A DNA stretch of 63,759 nt, filler included, from Octopus bimaculoides (GCF_001194135.2; 6 parts of 5 records of this genome joined end to end with filler, not necessarily neighbours in it); one strand, 5' to 3'. Shown: positions 44,132 through 56,571, counted from the whole stretch's first letter. The notes: generated by a model not told the origin, from the sequence alone. Program-made: numbers and translations.

Positions 44132-45435
44132 AGGGTCTATATAAGATATAGGACAACAGGAAAACTGTTCAATCTCAAAAGACTGTGCCAAAACAAAAGT
44201 TCTGCATTCTCACTTCATTGAGTTCCTGCATGCAGATGATTGTGACCTGTTGGCACATATCCACAAAGATATGCAGCACATGCTGAATGCAATTTCTGCA
44301 GCATATGCAGCATTGGGTCTAATGATCAATCTGAAAAATAAAAACTGTTATAATGTACCAGCCCGCTCCCTCCAAGATATATGTGGAACCTTTTATAACT
44401 GTGAATGGTCAAAGGTGGGAGAATGTGTCTAGATTCATTTATTTAGAAATTACATTGAACACTGCTGGTCTTGATGATGAAATTTCATATAGAATCAGCA
44501 GGGCTAGTAGTGCTTTTGGTAGGCTTAATAGGCGTCTGTGGACACTGACATAATATATCTTCACAGATTAAAGTTGAGGTATATAACATGTGCGCCCTGC
44601 TATCTTTGATATATGGGAGTGAAGCAGGGGTTATTTACCATAGACATGTAAGGCAACTGGAACAATACCATCAACACTGTCTGAGAAAAATTTGTGGGAT
44701 AAACTGGAAAATGGCCATTAGTAATGTGGAGGTGCTTGAGAGGAATGGTAGTAGAAGTATAGAGACAATGATTCTACAAAGACGTCTGAGGCAGGGTGGG
44801 GGGCATCTGATAAGGATGAGTGATGAGAGACTGCCCAAGCAGCTATTGTATGGTGAGCTGGATGACTGTAGGAGACCAGCACATAAGCCTAAACTTAGGT
44901 TTAAGGATTGCCTTTAAAATGCTCTAGTACAGACAGGAATTGCAGCTGGTGATTGGGAGAGAGAGCCACAAGACCGAGATGGATGAAGACAGTACATAGT
45001 GGTTGTTTGGGGTTTTTGAGGGAGAGAGTGAAGTATGAGTGAATTGGGAAGGGGCTTAGAAGGAGGGAACCTGTGGAGAGAGAGAGAGAGGGAGTGTTGC
45101 TTTTTGTGTGTGTGGTTTGTGAGAGATGTTTGAGACGTGCAGGCCTGGTCAGCCATCTCACAGGAATCGACCCATGATAAACAGTGATGTGGCCATTAAA
45201 ATTCACAAAAGAGCATGTGTAAAATGTAGAAGGTTGTGCCTCTCAGATGAAGGTCTGAAAAGACCACCATCTTATTAAGACCTCCATCATATTAAGAAAA
45301 TACATATGGTGGCATCTGTCTCTCCTGCCAGCCAGCACAACTGTGCAGCATGTAATAAAATATGTAAGACTTTGGCTGGGTTTAAAAGGCATATAAGTGC
45401 ATCACATGACATCAATAATGAATCATTTCAGTAAG
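44132..45435 (+). mobile_element. RTE-BovB-like LINE 3' half, with three C-terminal C2H2-like motifs
   Basis: RTTGKLFNL, FLHADDCDLLAH, LDDEISYRISRASSAFGRL, LIYGSEA and HLIRMSDERLPKQLLYGEL..KPKLRFKDCL. Confidence 0.92.
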
Positions 45436-45529
45436 TCTTTTTGGCAATGGCTTTTCTGCAAAAATGGTGCAGCTATGTATGTGTGTGTGTGAGAGAGAGT
45501 ATGTGAGCGTGTGTGTATGTATGCATATG

Positions 45530-45772
45530 TGCAGATTTGTATGTTTTGCTTTATATATGTATTCTCATGCATATAGTTGCACGTTTAGACATGCTCATAT
45601 ATAATTAAATGATAAACTTCTGGAAAGTTTTACAGTTTCAGTGATGGACTGGATCAATTGTATTCAAATTAGCTTTCTCCTATCTGGTTTTGAGAAGCCT
45701 AATTTCTCAAGATTGGCATTTAGGCAGTGTGTTACATATCCCAGGGCCCCAATAATTACAGGTATAAACCTG
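45530..45772 (-). mobile_element. Extreme 3' end of the CATA-associated RLE LINE
   Basis: Closely matches 22320-22550. The 5' junction runs directly into (TATG)n at 45772. Confidence 0.85.
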
Positions 45773-45989
45773 TATGTATGAATGTATGTATGTATGTATG
45801 TATGAATGTCTGTGTGTATGTATGAATGTATGTGTGCATGTATATATGTACTTTTCTGTTTTTAATTATTTAAGATCTTCCTGTAAGGAAGTAGCTGGTT
45901 TCTACAGCTAACCTCGAATGGAAAAAGCCAGGACTGCCATCCCTTCTTCCTGCAATTCAGCAGAAGATTCCCATATATATATATGTATA

Positions 45990-46705
45990 TACAGGGTCTT
46001 GCAGATAAATTGAGACCAATTTTAAGCAGTTGACCTAATAGGTTTAATATTTCATTTTTTGACAAAACCTTGCTTGCTTGAAAACCTAATCCTCCTCTTT
46101 ATTGTTTAGGTAAATTGTGAAATGATTCGACAACAGCAAGTCATGGAACAACAGAATCTTTGAGCCATTGTTGTTTAGGTGCACGCCTGGCACACTGTCA
46201 ATAAAATTGTCAAGTTGACGGAACTTCCAAATGCAGCAGTTTATCATGTGTATAAAGAATTTAAAGAGGAGGGAAAGATTGATAGAGAAGAATACAAGGC
46301 TGAAAATAATTCCAAGTGCAATTCAAAGTTTCTCGCTAGCCTCAAATGCTTGATTGAAGACAACCCATCCCCATCCACGCAATGTGTCCCTTTCCATGGT
46401 GCCCAGAGCTGTGAACAGGAACCTTGGCGTGACTAGCTATGTTTGACAACCGTCACCTCCTAATAGCCAAGCAATCAGAGCCAAGAGATTCCCAAAGCTT
46501 CAGTCATTCATCAAGCATCGTTTGTGGACAAGAAGAAGTTTACTGTGGATGCTGAGGTGAACTGCAGAAATTCTCGAGTGATTCTACACAGTCCTTCTGA
46601 TGTCCCACCTGTGCTTGAGACTAAAAATCCTGCCTCCATGATGGCATTTGGAGCCGTGGCAAGTGATGGAGGTATTATGGATCCACACTTCATTGAGTCT
46701 GGCTA
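45990..46705 (+). mobile_element. maT/DD37D-like transposon, 5' part
   Basis: TA-CAGGGTC TIR start; KFTVDAEVNCRNSR and TKNPASMMAFGAVASDGGIMDPHFIESG. Confidence 0.8.
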
Positions 46706-46709
46706 GAAG

Positions 46710-47365
46710 ATCTTGTTTAAGTTGGTGAATGCTGCCATAATCCTTGCCTTCAGTTCATCTTTGGTGTTACAAGGAGTTTTGTTGATCTCTTGCTCAACTG
46801 TGCCCCTCACAATAATCAAGGGGGTTGCAATCTGGGAAGTTATGTGGCTAGATGTTTGGGGTGATGTGGTCACAGAAATTGTCTAACAGCTATGACTGGG
46901 TTCTCTTGCTTGTATGCCATAGTGCAGAATCCTGTTGCCAGATGTAGGATCTTCCAGCAGTTGACCCAGGGCAACACTATCTCCTGCTGGCACTTGATGT
47001 AGGCCTCCATGTTGAGTCTGAGGCTGTGTGGGAAGATGAATGGAGGCATAACATTGCCATCACTCGTGATCACTCCAAACACCATGATGTTCACTGGATG
47101 TGTGATTTTTATCACTCTCAGTACATGTCCTCAGATTGACATCCAAACACTCTGAAATGTTCGTATTGGAGCTTCCAGTGTGAATGCCAAGCAGTACAGC
47201 ATGTCGTTTCCAAATTTCTGGCAGAGTGAACTGCGCCATGGTGCTGTTTCTCTCACAGATGGTGTTCAACCGCCCCCACTATAATGTGTAATCGACAAAA
47301 TCAAAAACAAACAATGCCATGCGTGAAATAAAAAATATAAAATGGCGACAATTCATTCACCCATT
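46710..47365 (-). mobile_element. Second maT/DD37D-like transposon, opposite orientation
   Basis: MAQFTLPEIWKRHAVLLGIH, THPVNIMVFGVITSDGNVMPPFIFP and DCNPLDY..KTPCNTKDELKARIMAAF. Confidence 0.8.
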
Positions 47366-47397
47366 GAATCATGTCTGTGTGTATGTGTATGTGTATA

Positions 47398-47541
47398 TCA
47401 TCATCATCATCATCGTTTAACGTCCGCTTTCCATGCTAGCATGGGTTGGACGATTTGACTGAGGACTGGTGAAACCGGATGGCAACACCAGGCTCCAATC
47501 TAATTTGGCAGAGTTTCTACAGCTGGATGCCCTTCCTAACG
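47398..47541 (-). mobile_element. 5'-truncated young SINE/LINE 3' end with a (GAT)n tail; identical to 62243-62386
   Basis: catcatcgtttaacgtccgctttccatgctagc..ggatgcccttcctaacg is identical by eye in both copies. ggatgcccttcct is typical of RTE-type tails. Confidence 0.8.
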
Positions 47542-48629
47542 TATATATATATATATATATATCTTTTATCTTTTACTTGTTTCAGTCATTTGACTGCAGC
47601 CATGCTGGGCCACCGTCTTGAAGAGGTTTAGTTGAACAAATCGACCCCAGGACTTATTTTTTTAAAGCTTAGTACTTATCCTATCAGTCCCTTTTCCCAA
47701 ACTGCTAAGTTATGAGATGTAAACACATCAACATTGGTTGTCAAGCTGTGGTGGGGGACAAACACAAAGACACACACACACACATTCGATGACGGGCTTC
47801 TTTCAGTTTCCGTCTACCCAATCCACTCACAAGGCTTTGGTCAGTCCGAGGATATAGCAGAAGACAGTTGCCCAAGGTGCCACGCAGTAGGACTGAACAG
47901 GCAACGATGAGGTTGGGAAGCATGCTTCTTACCAGTCATGCCTGCACCTATAAAAAGAAGCTAATCTCATCAGAATCTTTATTTTATTGTAACGAGGACA
48001 CGGGATAGGTTTGATTTTGTCTCCGCAAACAGGGTTTGCAGGTGGTTGGGTAGTGAGATGTGGAGACATTCATGCTGAAAGTCAAACTGCTATTAGAAGC
48101 TTAGACAGGCTCTAAAGTTAGGTGAGGCGTGACACATAGCAAACAATTTTTTTAATCCATTTTTCTTATATTACGCGATATATTTTTTTTAGTTATAGTA
48201 TACGTAATTGTATTCTACATTCATTAATTTTGTGTTTCAGTAACAATGTCATCATGTTTGAAACTTGCAACTACTAACATGGGTGACTAAAGAGTTAAAA
48301 AGAATTGTTGAAAAGGCATCAATTTTGAAAAATGTGCTTGTGGGGAGCAGTAACACACAGACTCACACACAAACACACTTCCAATTTGTATCTGTCTCCA
48401 GATCATAAATTTTCATTTCTGACACATCTCGCCCTCAAACGCTTGGTTTTGTGACCAGTGTCTAAAAGTGGAGGGATCGGTGGAAATTTAGTTGCTATAT
48501 CAGTTCGGCTCCACAGGGCGAGGATGGGCTTGAGAATAATATCTGATGAGCCCCTCCTTTAGTAAAAGAAAATTAAATTAATGATAGTAAAAAAAGAACT
48601 CACAGTTCCTTGAGTTTTGAAGGGATCTG

Positions 48630-48852
48630 CCAGCCCACAAGGGGCTAAACATAGAGGGGACAAACAAGGACAGACAAACGGATTAAGTCGATTACATCGA
48701 CCCCAGTTCGTAACTGGTACTTAATTTATCGACCCCGAAAGGATGAAAGGCAAAGCCGACCTCGGCGGAATTTGAACTCAGAACGTAAAGGGAGACGAAA
48801 TACCGCTGAGCATTTCGCCCGGCGTGCTAACGATTCTGCCAGCTCGCCGCCT
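48630..48852 (-). mobile_element. Well-preserved tRNA-derived SINE
   Basis: Reverse complement aaggcggcgagctggcagaatcgttagcacgccgggcgaaatgctcagcgg..gagttcaaattccgccgaggtcggc.. Confidence 0.85.
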
Positions 48853-49721
48853 TTCTGCCCTACTACTACCTCGGAGCTTAGGGTAGCGCAAAATCAATCT
48901 TGTTCCGCTTCGCAAAATTTCTTTTGCAGGGCCTCTTTTTGATACCACCAAAATCATAGACTTTAGTCTGTAATACACCAAAGTTAGATATCTTAGTCCG
49001 TGACACACTAAAGTCTTAGTTTGTAACACACCTATGTAATGTAAGACGCCCTTTCTTCCCTTAAAAATTTACGTGATCGCTCGGTTTGCTAGAAATAACA
49101 GCTAAAATCGCTTAAATGACACTTTACTTACTTTAATTAAGTAAAAAAGTACATTAGATGTTGTAGTCCTACATATTCCTGAACAGATGGAATGATCATG
49201 GCTAGAATGCCTTCGATCATAGGATCCGATCGGAACTGATCTGGGGCTAAACTACGACAACTTCCATGACAGCTCGCCTAGGTATATTATTGTAAACGGG
49301 TACATGAGACCGATAGAGTATGTACCAAATACATACTGAGATCGATGTTATCCACTCTTTCCTTCTGCCAAAAATATGTAACCATCATGATTGTGCTAGA
49401 AATTCTTAAAAATAAACAATAATTAGCAGCAAAAGATAACACGTAAAAGCCTAAGATTTTCGATGATAGCTTTATAAGCACGAATCGAAGATACAAAAAC
49501 AAAGTACTCAGAGCCATCCACCAAAAATCGGACAATATATTTATCGGTTCTGTGCATATTTTCCTCGCAAACTCGTGGCTAATTAAATATAATTCAATTT
49601 TTATAAAAATATTCTTCAATCAAAAGTTGTATTAGTTATCTCCCTTGTTAAATTACCTCTCTTGAGTAGTTGCTTATTTTATAGTAAATGCCGATATCAG
49701 AAAATGTTTAACAAACAAATT

Positions 49722-50238
49722 AATATTTTCAAGTAAAACCACGCAGCAGACCCAGTTAAATATTAATATATATTTTAGGATAGATATATATGATGGGTGT
49801 TGACCAAAGATGTTATATTTCTGCTTTAGTATAACCATTAGATAAATCAGTGTCCTATGTATATATCATGGCTTATAGGTATATAAGCTGTGAGACTGCT
49901 GTTTAAAACTGGGTTCAGGTGTAAGCTCGTTTAAGGGATAACATCCAGGTACTTTGGTTGCCTCATTCATCCTTGGGAAGGTCTGAGACAAAGGCTGTAT
50001 TAATAACGTCCCAGCCGGACGTCCCTGTGAGAGGGGAGTGGTTCACCAGACACAACGGTTTCCTCAAGCTAACATGTTTAAACGTCAAATGACAACCACG
50101 TTTGTGGTTGGATGACCTCTGTGTTGGCTTGTCGGTTGAAAGTGGTCCATGGCCAGCGCGTAGAGCAGCTTGATAAACGAGGTGGGTGCAGAGTTCGATT
50201 CTTCGTTCCAGCCCCATAACTCAATTCAGACTATTCTT
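49722..50238. repeat. Young dispersed repeat, copy 2
   Basis: Direct repeat of 43055-43550. Confidence 0.85.
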
Positions 50239-50624
50239 NNNNNNNNNNNNNNNNNNNNNNNNNNNNNNNNNNNNNNNNNNNNNNNNNNNNNNNNNNNNNN
50301 NNNNNNNNNNNNNNNNNNNNNNNNNNNNNNNNNNNNNNNNNNNNNNNNNNNNNNNNNNNNNNNNNNNNNNNNNNNNNNNNNNNNNNNNNNNNNNNNNNNN
50401 NNNNNNNNNNNNNNNNNNNNNNNNNNNNNNNNNNNNNNNNNNNNNNNNNNNNNNNNNNNNNNNNNNNNNNNNNNNNNNNNNNNNNNNNNNNNNNNNNNNN
50501 NNNNNNNNNNNNNNNNNNNNNNNNNNNNNNNNNNNNNNNNNNNNNNNNNNNNNNNNNNNNNNNNNNNNNNNNGGGGGGGGGGAATCTTTTCCAAGAGGGT
50601 GGAGAGAGGACTTCAGAAAAATCA

Positions 50625-51844
50625 CAAGATCCGAGCTTTTGACTCGTAACTTTTAAGAAAATGGCGACTGGTGGGTTCAATGAAATTTTATAGAAATACC
50701 TTTCAAACGGCATAAATTACGATTATAAAGAAATTTGAGGGGGGAATATTTTCCAAGGAGGTGGGGAGAAGACCTCAGAAAATTCACAAGATCTGAATTT
50801 TCCCTCGTTATATTCCGAAATCACATTCAACTTTCTACAGATACCCAAGCGTAGTACCACTACACTACGTAGTGTTTTTTTTTTCTACCCACTTTCAATA
50901 ATTCTTAATGTTTCATCTTATCTTCAATTATTTTTACACATTTTTTAACCATTCCGTCGTTATTCTCATTGACTTCTTATTACTTTCTCTCTCTCTCTCT
51001 ATCTATATATAAACATACACACACATGTATATACGTACATATATACACACACACACATATATATACGTACATATATACACACACACACATATATATACGT
51101 ACATATATACACACACACACATATATATACGTACATATATACACACACACACATATATATACGTACATATATACACACNNNNNNNNNNNNNNNNNNNNNN
51201 NNNNNNNNNNNNNNNNNNNNNNNNNNNNNNNNNNNNNNNNNNNNNNNNNNNNNNNNNNNNNNNNNNNNNNNNNNNNNNNNNNNNNNNNNNNNNNNNNNNN
51301 NNNNNNNNNNNNNNNNNNNNNNNNNNNNNNNNNNNNNNNNNNNNNNNNNNNNNNNNNNNNNNNNNNNNNNNNNNNNNNNNNNNNNTATCAGGGATAAAAT
51401 CCAAAATTACAGGTAAAAACTCAATTAAAATCAATTAATTAAAAAAAAAAATTAAATTAAGTTTCACAGTATAAAATAATACTATATATATATATAATAC
51501 AAAGAATATATATGCATGTATACACACATATATGTACATACTTACATCTACATGTGTATATAGATGCATATCAGGGTACAGGACGTTAGAACAATGAACT
51601 ACAGACAACGGAACGAACACATAGGAAAACAGAAAGCCACTTGGAATTATTCCTTCACCAGCTGCCTCTATTCTAACTAGACGTTTCGAAGATAGAGAGA
51701 GTGACGTTTCGGAAGAAATCGTTTTTAAAAAATGCACTTTTGAAGTTGAGGAGCGAAACTGCATCAGGCCCCTTTTCTTTACACATATTTCAAGTTGACA
51801 TTTTGCAGAAATACGTTTTCTGGAGTGTAGATTACTTTACATTG

Positions 51845-51907
<63 letters not shown>

Positions 51908-52240
51908 ATGTTAGTGTTTGTGTGAAACAAGTCAAAGTGTAATTAAAACAATATCTTTTACATACCTGCTAAAATTACTGGATATATAGATCCCAGGATG
52001 TATAAGTCCTAAGTTGCAAAACAGTTTTGAAATGTCATCAATTGTTTCCACTTTCCTTTAGCAATTTTTAACGCCTAAATTTTAAGGCGATTTCGTGTGG
52101 AGAGAGAGTAAGTAAAGGTATGTTTTGCCATTTATGCAATTTTCTTTTTTTTTTTTTTGGCCTGTATACAATATATATCCTATTTATGCACGTTTTCAAT
52201 CTACAGAAGTTTTACGGCAGAATCCAAAATTTTCCTCGAT
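50625..52240. repeat. Left arm of a long inverted repeat
   Basis: 50625-50990 and 51700-52240 are reverse-complement matches to 55400-55762 and 54722-55250. The arm is interrupted by a gap, a microsatellite, a short insertion and poly(A). Confidence 0.85.
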
Positions 52241-53577
52241 TAAACTGTGCGACCAAGCTGTGCTGAGTGATTCACGAAAAGCAAAAAATCCTCCAAGGCG
52301 GAACATTGGTGCTTTCCAGAAAGTTTGTCACTAAAGATGGCGACGACGACGTCGTCGTCGTCGTACCATTTCTCGCGCAAAATACATGGAAAATTACATG
52401 TCGGACAATTGTGGGGTAAACGGCAGGACACTGTATTCCATGAAAAATATAAAGGCAGTATTATTTTTTACCGTGGAAACGCAGAATTCTTTCATAAAGA
52501 GTGATATTGCAACAATTGCATGGAGCCATGGTGTTAGAGCAACATTCGGTTTTTGTGTCTGTGCGTGCGTGAGAGAGGAAGGGGAAGAGTTAGTGTGAAT
52601 GAAGGGGGAGGGTGATGGATGTCTTTTAAGGTACACACTCATATAGTAAAATGTGACGTCATCATGGTCGTCATATAAAAGGTTTACGATAGATAACTTA
52701 TACTCTTTTAATTGTTTCAGTCATTTGACTGCTGCCGTGCTGGAGCACCGCCTTTTTAGTCGAGCAAATCGACCCCAGGACTTATTCTTTGGAAGCCTAG
52801 TATTTATTCTATCGGTCTCTTTTTGCCGTCAGTTGTCAAGCGATGTTGGGGGAACAAACACACACACACACACACACACNNNNNNNNNNNNNNNNNNNNN
52901 NNNNNNNNNNNNNNNNNNNNNNNNNNNNNNNNNNNNNNNNNNNNNNNNNNNNNNNNNNNNNNNNNNNNATATATATATATATATACGACAGGCTTCTTTC
53001 AGTTTCCGTCTACCAAATCCACTCACAAAGCTTTGGTAGAAGACACTTTCCCAAGGTGCCACGCAGTGGAAATGAACCCGGAACCATGTGGTTGGTAAGC
53101 AAGCTACTTACCACAGAGCCACTCCTGTGCCTTATGGAAAACAGTATAGTTTTAATTTTTTGTAATTCAAATATGTCAAGGAAAATAAAGTTTAGTTAGT
53201 AGTGGAAATAGTACTGAATCTTTAGATAGCCCATACGCGAAAATCGACAACTCGGTTTTGGAATGCATTAGGAACGTATGCACCCCGAAAAACTTCATAA
53301 CTGAACCACGCACCCCTCGCTACTCAGCAATAAAGGGTACGCGAGCGCAACAATCTCTACGACTCACAGAAATTGAACGGCTAAAACAAGTGAAACAGCA
53401 TCTTATACATACCTGTTGTATACGTCGGTCTTGATTTTTCGCTTTAAAGGCAAGCGATTCTCATAGAAGCAAACACGATATTAAATAATTCTCCGTCATA
53501 CGTCCACTAAAAACTTTAACATACTTCCAAAGTGGGACTTCATCTATGTTTATCTACGTACGTCTATGTGTATGTAT

Positions 53578-53612
<35 letters not shown>

Positions 53613-53989
53613 CTATCCCATCAGCAACAATCATCATCATCATCTTCTTCACAACAAGAAGCAACTGTTGCTGTGCTTCTGAAATTGTGTAAGTGTGTGT
53701 ATGTGTGTATATGTGTATGGGGGGTGCTTTTGCAAGATATATCAATTTTGGCGGTAAGGACTGAACCCATTGTTTCATAATCACAATTAAAAATAAATTC
53801 GAAGGATTAACATCGCACAAGTTCATACATTATTTCCGTAAACTCTAATTGAAACCAAGAAGCTACCACAATCATCATTATTTTCTTCACAATATTTGTA
53901 CCCTTTAAAAAGAAGCACCTGTTGCTATTTTTCTGATTTTATTTTACATTGTGTACACCCAGATTGGAACTTTTACTGTACCTTGTACC

Positions 53990-54655
53990 AGAGAACATTA
54001 TAGATTTATCTGAAGACAAAACATATTGTCAATGAAAAAACGTGTGCTTGCACACATTCGATGAATCTTCAAAATTTTAGTCCTTCTATTGACGGGTTTG
54101 TCAATACAAAGTGCGCCAAACATTAAAAAAGACTCTTTCCATCAGGAAAGGTACATTTACAGAAAACTCTAAGCTGCCATTATATGTAATTTTTCATTTA
54201 GTGTTTGATTTTATTTTCAAATTTCCCTGTGACGATAACTGCAAGTATGCATTGATATAAAAACTGCCGTTCAGTGGTACCAGTTCTGTAGAGATGTTTG
54301 TTCGGCAAAACTGCTGCAGGACAAAACTCCCTTCGGTGGTCCGGATCATAGTGTGGAGATCGATGAAAGCTTGTTCTTCAATAGAAAGAACAATATAGGA
54401 AGAATGTGTCGCAAAACTTGGGTTGTCGGATGTTATGACACCACAACCAGAAAAGGATTTCTTCAACGTGTACCCGATACGAGTGTAGAGACGATGGAGA
54501 ATGTTATCAGGCAAAAACGTTCTTCTATGAACTATTGTTATGACTGACAATTTGGTAAGCTATTGTAATCTCCACATACTCGGTTACATTCTCCATACGG
54601 TAAATCATTTCCAAAATTTCATAGATCGGTCAGCGGGGCATGTACAAATCGGCGA
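53990..54655 (+). pseudogene. Merlin/IS1595 (ISXO2-like) DDE transposase pseudogene
   Basis: SIRKGTFTENSKLPL, KTAVQWYQFCRDVCSAKL, FGGPDHSVEIDESLFFNRKNNIGR..WVVG, VPDTSVETME, VMTDNL and HTVNHFQNFID. Frameshifted. Confidence 0.9.
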
Positions 54656-54721
54656 AGGTAAAGATCAGGGAGCGCACCGACTTTGGGATATTGTTTTGAT
54701 CGTATTTTTACACGAACACAC

Positions 54722-55762
54722 TACATCGAGGGCGGAGATTCCGAATCTGCAAAAAAATCTGCATTTCAGAATTTATATTGTACAGGCCACAAAAAATACA
54801 TAAATGACAAAACACATCTTTACTCACTCTCTCCACACGAAATCGAAGGGTACTTGTTACCCGCTTAAAATTTAGGCGCTAAAAATTGCTAAAGGAAAGC
54901 GGAAACACTTGATGACATTTCAAAACTGTTTTGCAACTTAGGACTTATACATCCTGGGATCTATACATCCAGTAATTTTAGCAGGTATGTAGAAGATATT
55001 ATTTTAATACACTTAGACTTGTTTCACACAAACACTAACATGGTTTTTTTTTTCTGTCCTGACATCGTTAACACTCATTTTTATTATTGTTTTCAAACTT
55101 CTTTGATTTTTTTCAATGTAAAGTAATCTACACTCCAGAAAACGTATTTCTGTAAAATGTCATTTTAAAATATGTGTAAAGAAAGGGGGCTGATGCAGTT
55201 TCGCTCCCCAACTTCAAAAGTGCATTTTTTAAAAAAGATTTCTTCCGAAACGTGTCTGTATATGTGTGTCTGTGTCTGTGTGTGTGTATAAGTGTGTATA
55301 TATATGTGTGTGTGTGTATATGTATATGGATGTATGTATATATGTATGTGTCTATCTCTCTCTCTCTATATATATATATATAGATAGAGAGAGAGAGAGA
55401 TAGAGAAAAAGTAATAAGTCAATGAGAATAACGACGGACGGGTTAAAAAAGTGTAAAAATAACTGAAGATAAAATGAAACAAAAATCAAGCCAAAACATT
55501 AAGAATTGTTGAAAGTGGGTAGAAAAAACACTACATAGTGTAGTAGGACTACGCTTGGGTATCTGTAGAGGGTTGAATGTGATTTCGAAATATAACGAGG
55601 GAAAATTCGGATCTTGTAACTTTTCCGAGGTCCTCTCCTCACCCCCGATCACCCCCAAATTTCTTTATAATCGTAATGTATGCCGTTTGAAAGGTATTTC
55701 TATAAAATTTCATTGAAAAAAAAACCCCATTTTCCTAAAAGTTATGAGGGAAAAGCTGGTAC
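54722..55762. repeat. Right arm of the long inverted repeat
   Basis: For example gatgacatttcaaaactgttttgcaacttaggacttatacatcctgggatct (about 54911) versus its reverse complement at about 51988-52040. Confidence 0.85.
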
Positions 55763-56518
55763 TACTAAAGCAGCACGGTCCCGAACGCGCAGTCGCGCGT
55801 CCGCGCTAGCTAGTTGTGAATGGTCGATCCTAACCCTAACCCTAACCCTAAACACGTATTCATTTGCACACGCGGGTTNNNNNNNNNNNNNNNNNNNNNN
55901 NNNNNNNNNNNNNNNNNNNNNNNNNNNNNNNNNNNNNNNNNNNNNNNNNNNNNNNNNNNNNNNNNNNNNNNNNNNNNNNNNNNNNNNNNNNNNNNNNNNN
56001 NNNNNNNNNNNNNNNNNNNNNNNNNNNNNNNNNNNNNNNNNNNNNNNNNNNNNNNNNNNNNNNNNNNNNNNNNNNNNNNNNNNNNNNNNNNNNNNNNNNN
56101 NNNNNNNNNNNNNNNNNNNNNNNNNNNNNNNNNNNNNNNNNNNNNNNNNNNNNNNNNNNNNNNNNNNNNNNNNNNNNNNNNNNNNNNNNNNNNNNNNNNN
56201 NNNNNNNNNNNNNNNNNNNNNNNNNNNNNNNNNNNNNNNNNNNNNNNNNNNNNNNNNNNNNNNNNNNNNNNNNNNNNNNNNNNNNNNNNNNNNNNNNNNN
56301 NNNNNNNNNNNNNNNNNNNNNNNNNNNNNNNNNNNNNNNNNNNNNNNNNNNNNNNNNNNNNNNNNNNNNNNNNNNNNNNNNNNNNNNNNNNNNNNNNNNN
56401 NNNNNNNNNNNNNNNNNNNNNNNNNNNNNNNNNNNNNNNNNNNNNNNNNNNNNNNNNNNNNNNNNNNNNNNNNNNNNNNNNNNNNNNNNNNNNNNNNNNN
56501 NNNNNNNNNNNNNNNACC

Positions 56519-56571
<53 letters not shown>

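Noticed and set aside
47455-47485. CTGAGGA..GAAA in the young SINE as a hammerhead
   Set aside because: Only 5 nt lie between the core halves (no stem II), and there is no NUH with a pairing stem III or stem I.
43550-49722. LTR retrotransposon bounded by the two 500-nt direct repeats
   Set aside because: The interior has no gag/pol/integrase, only old RTE, maT and SINE fragments.
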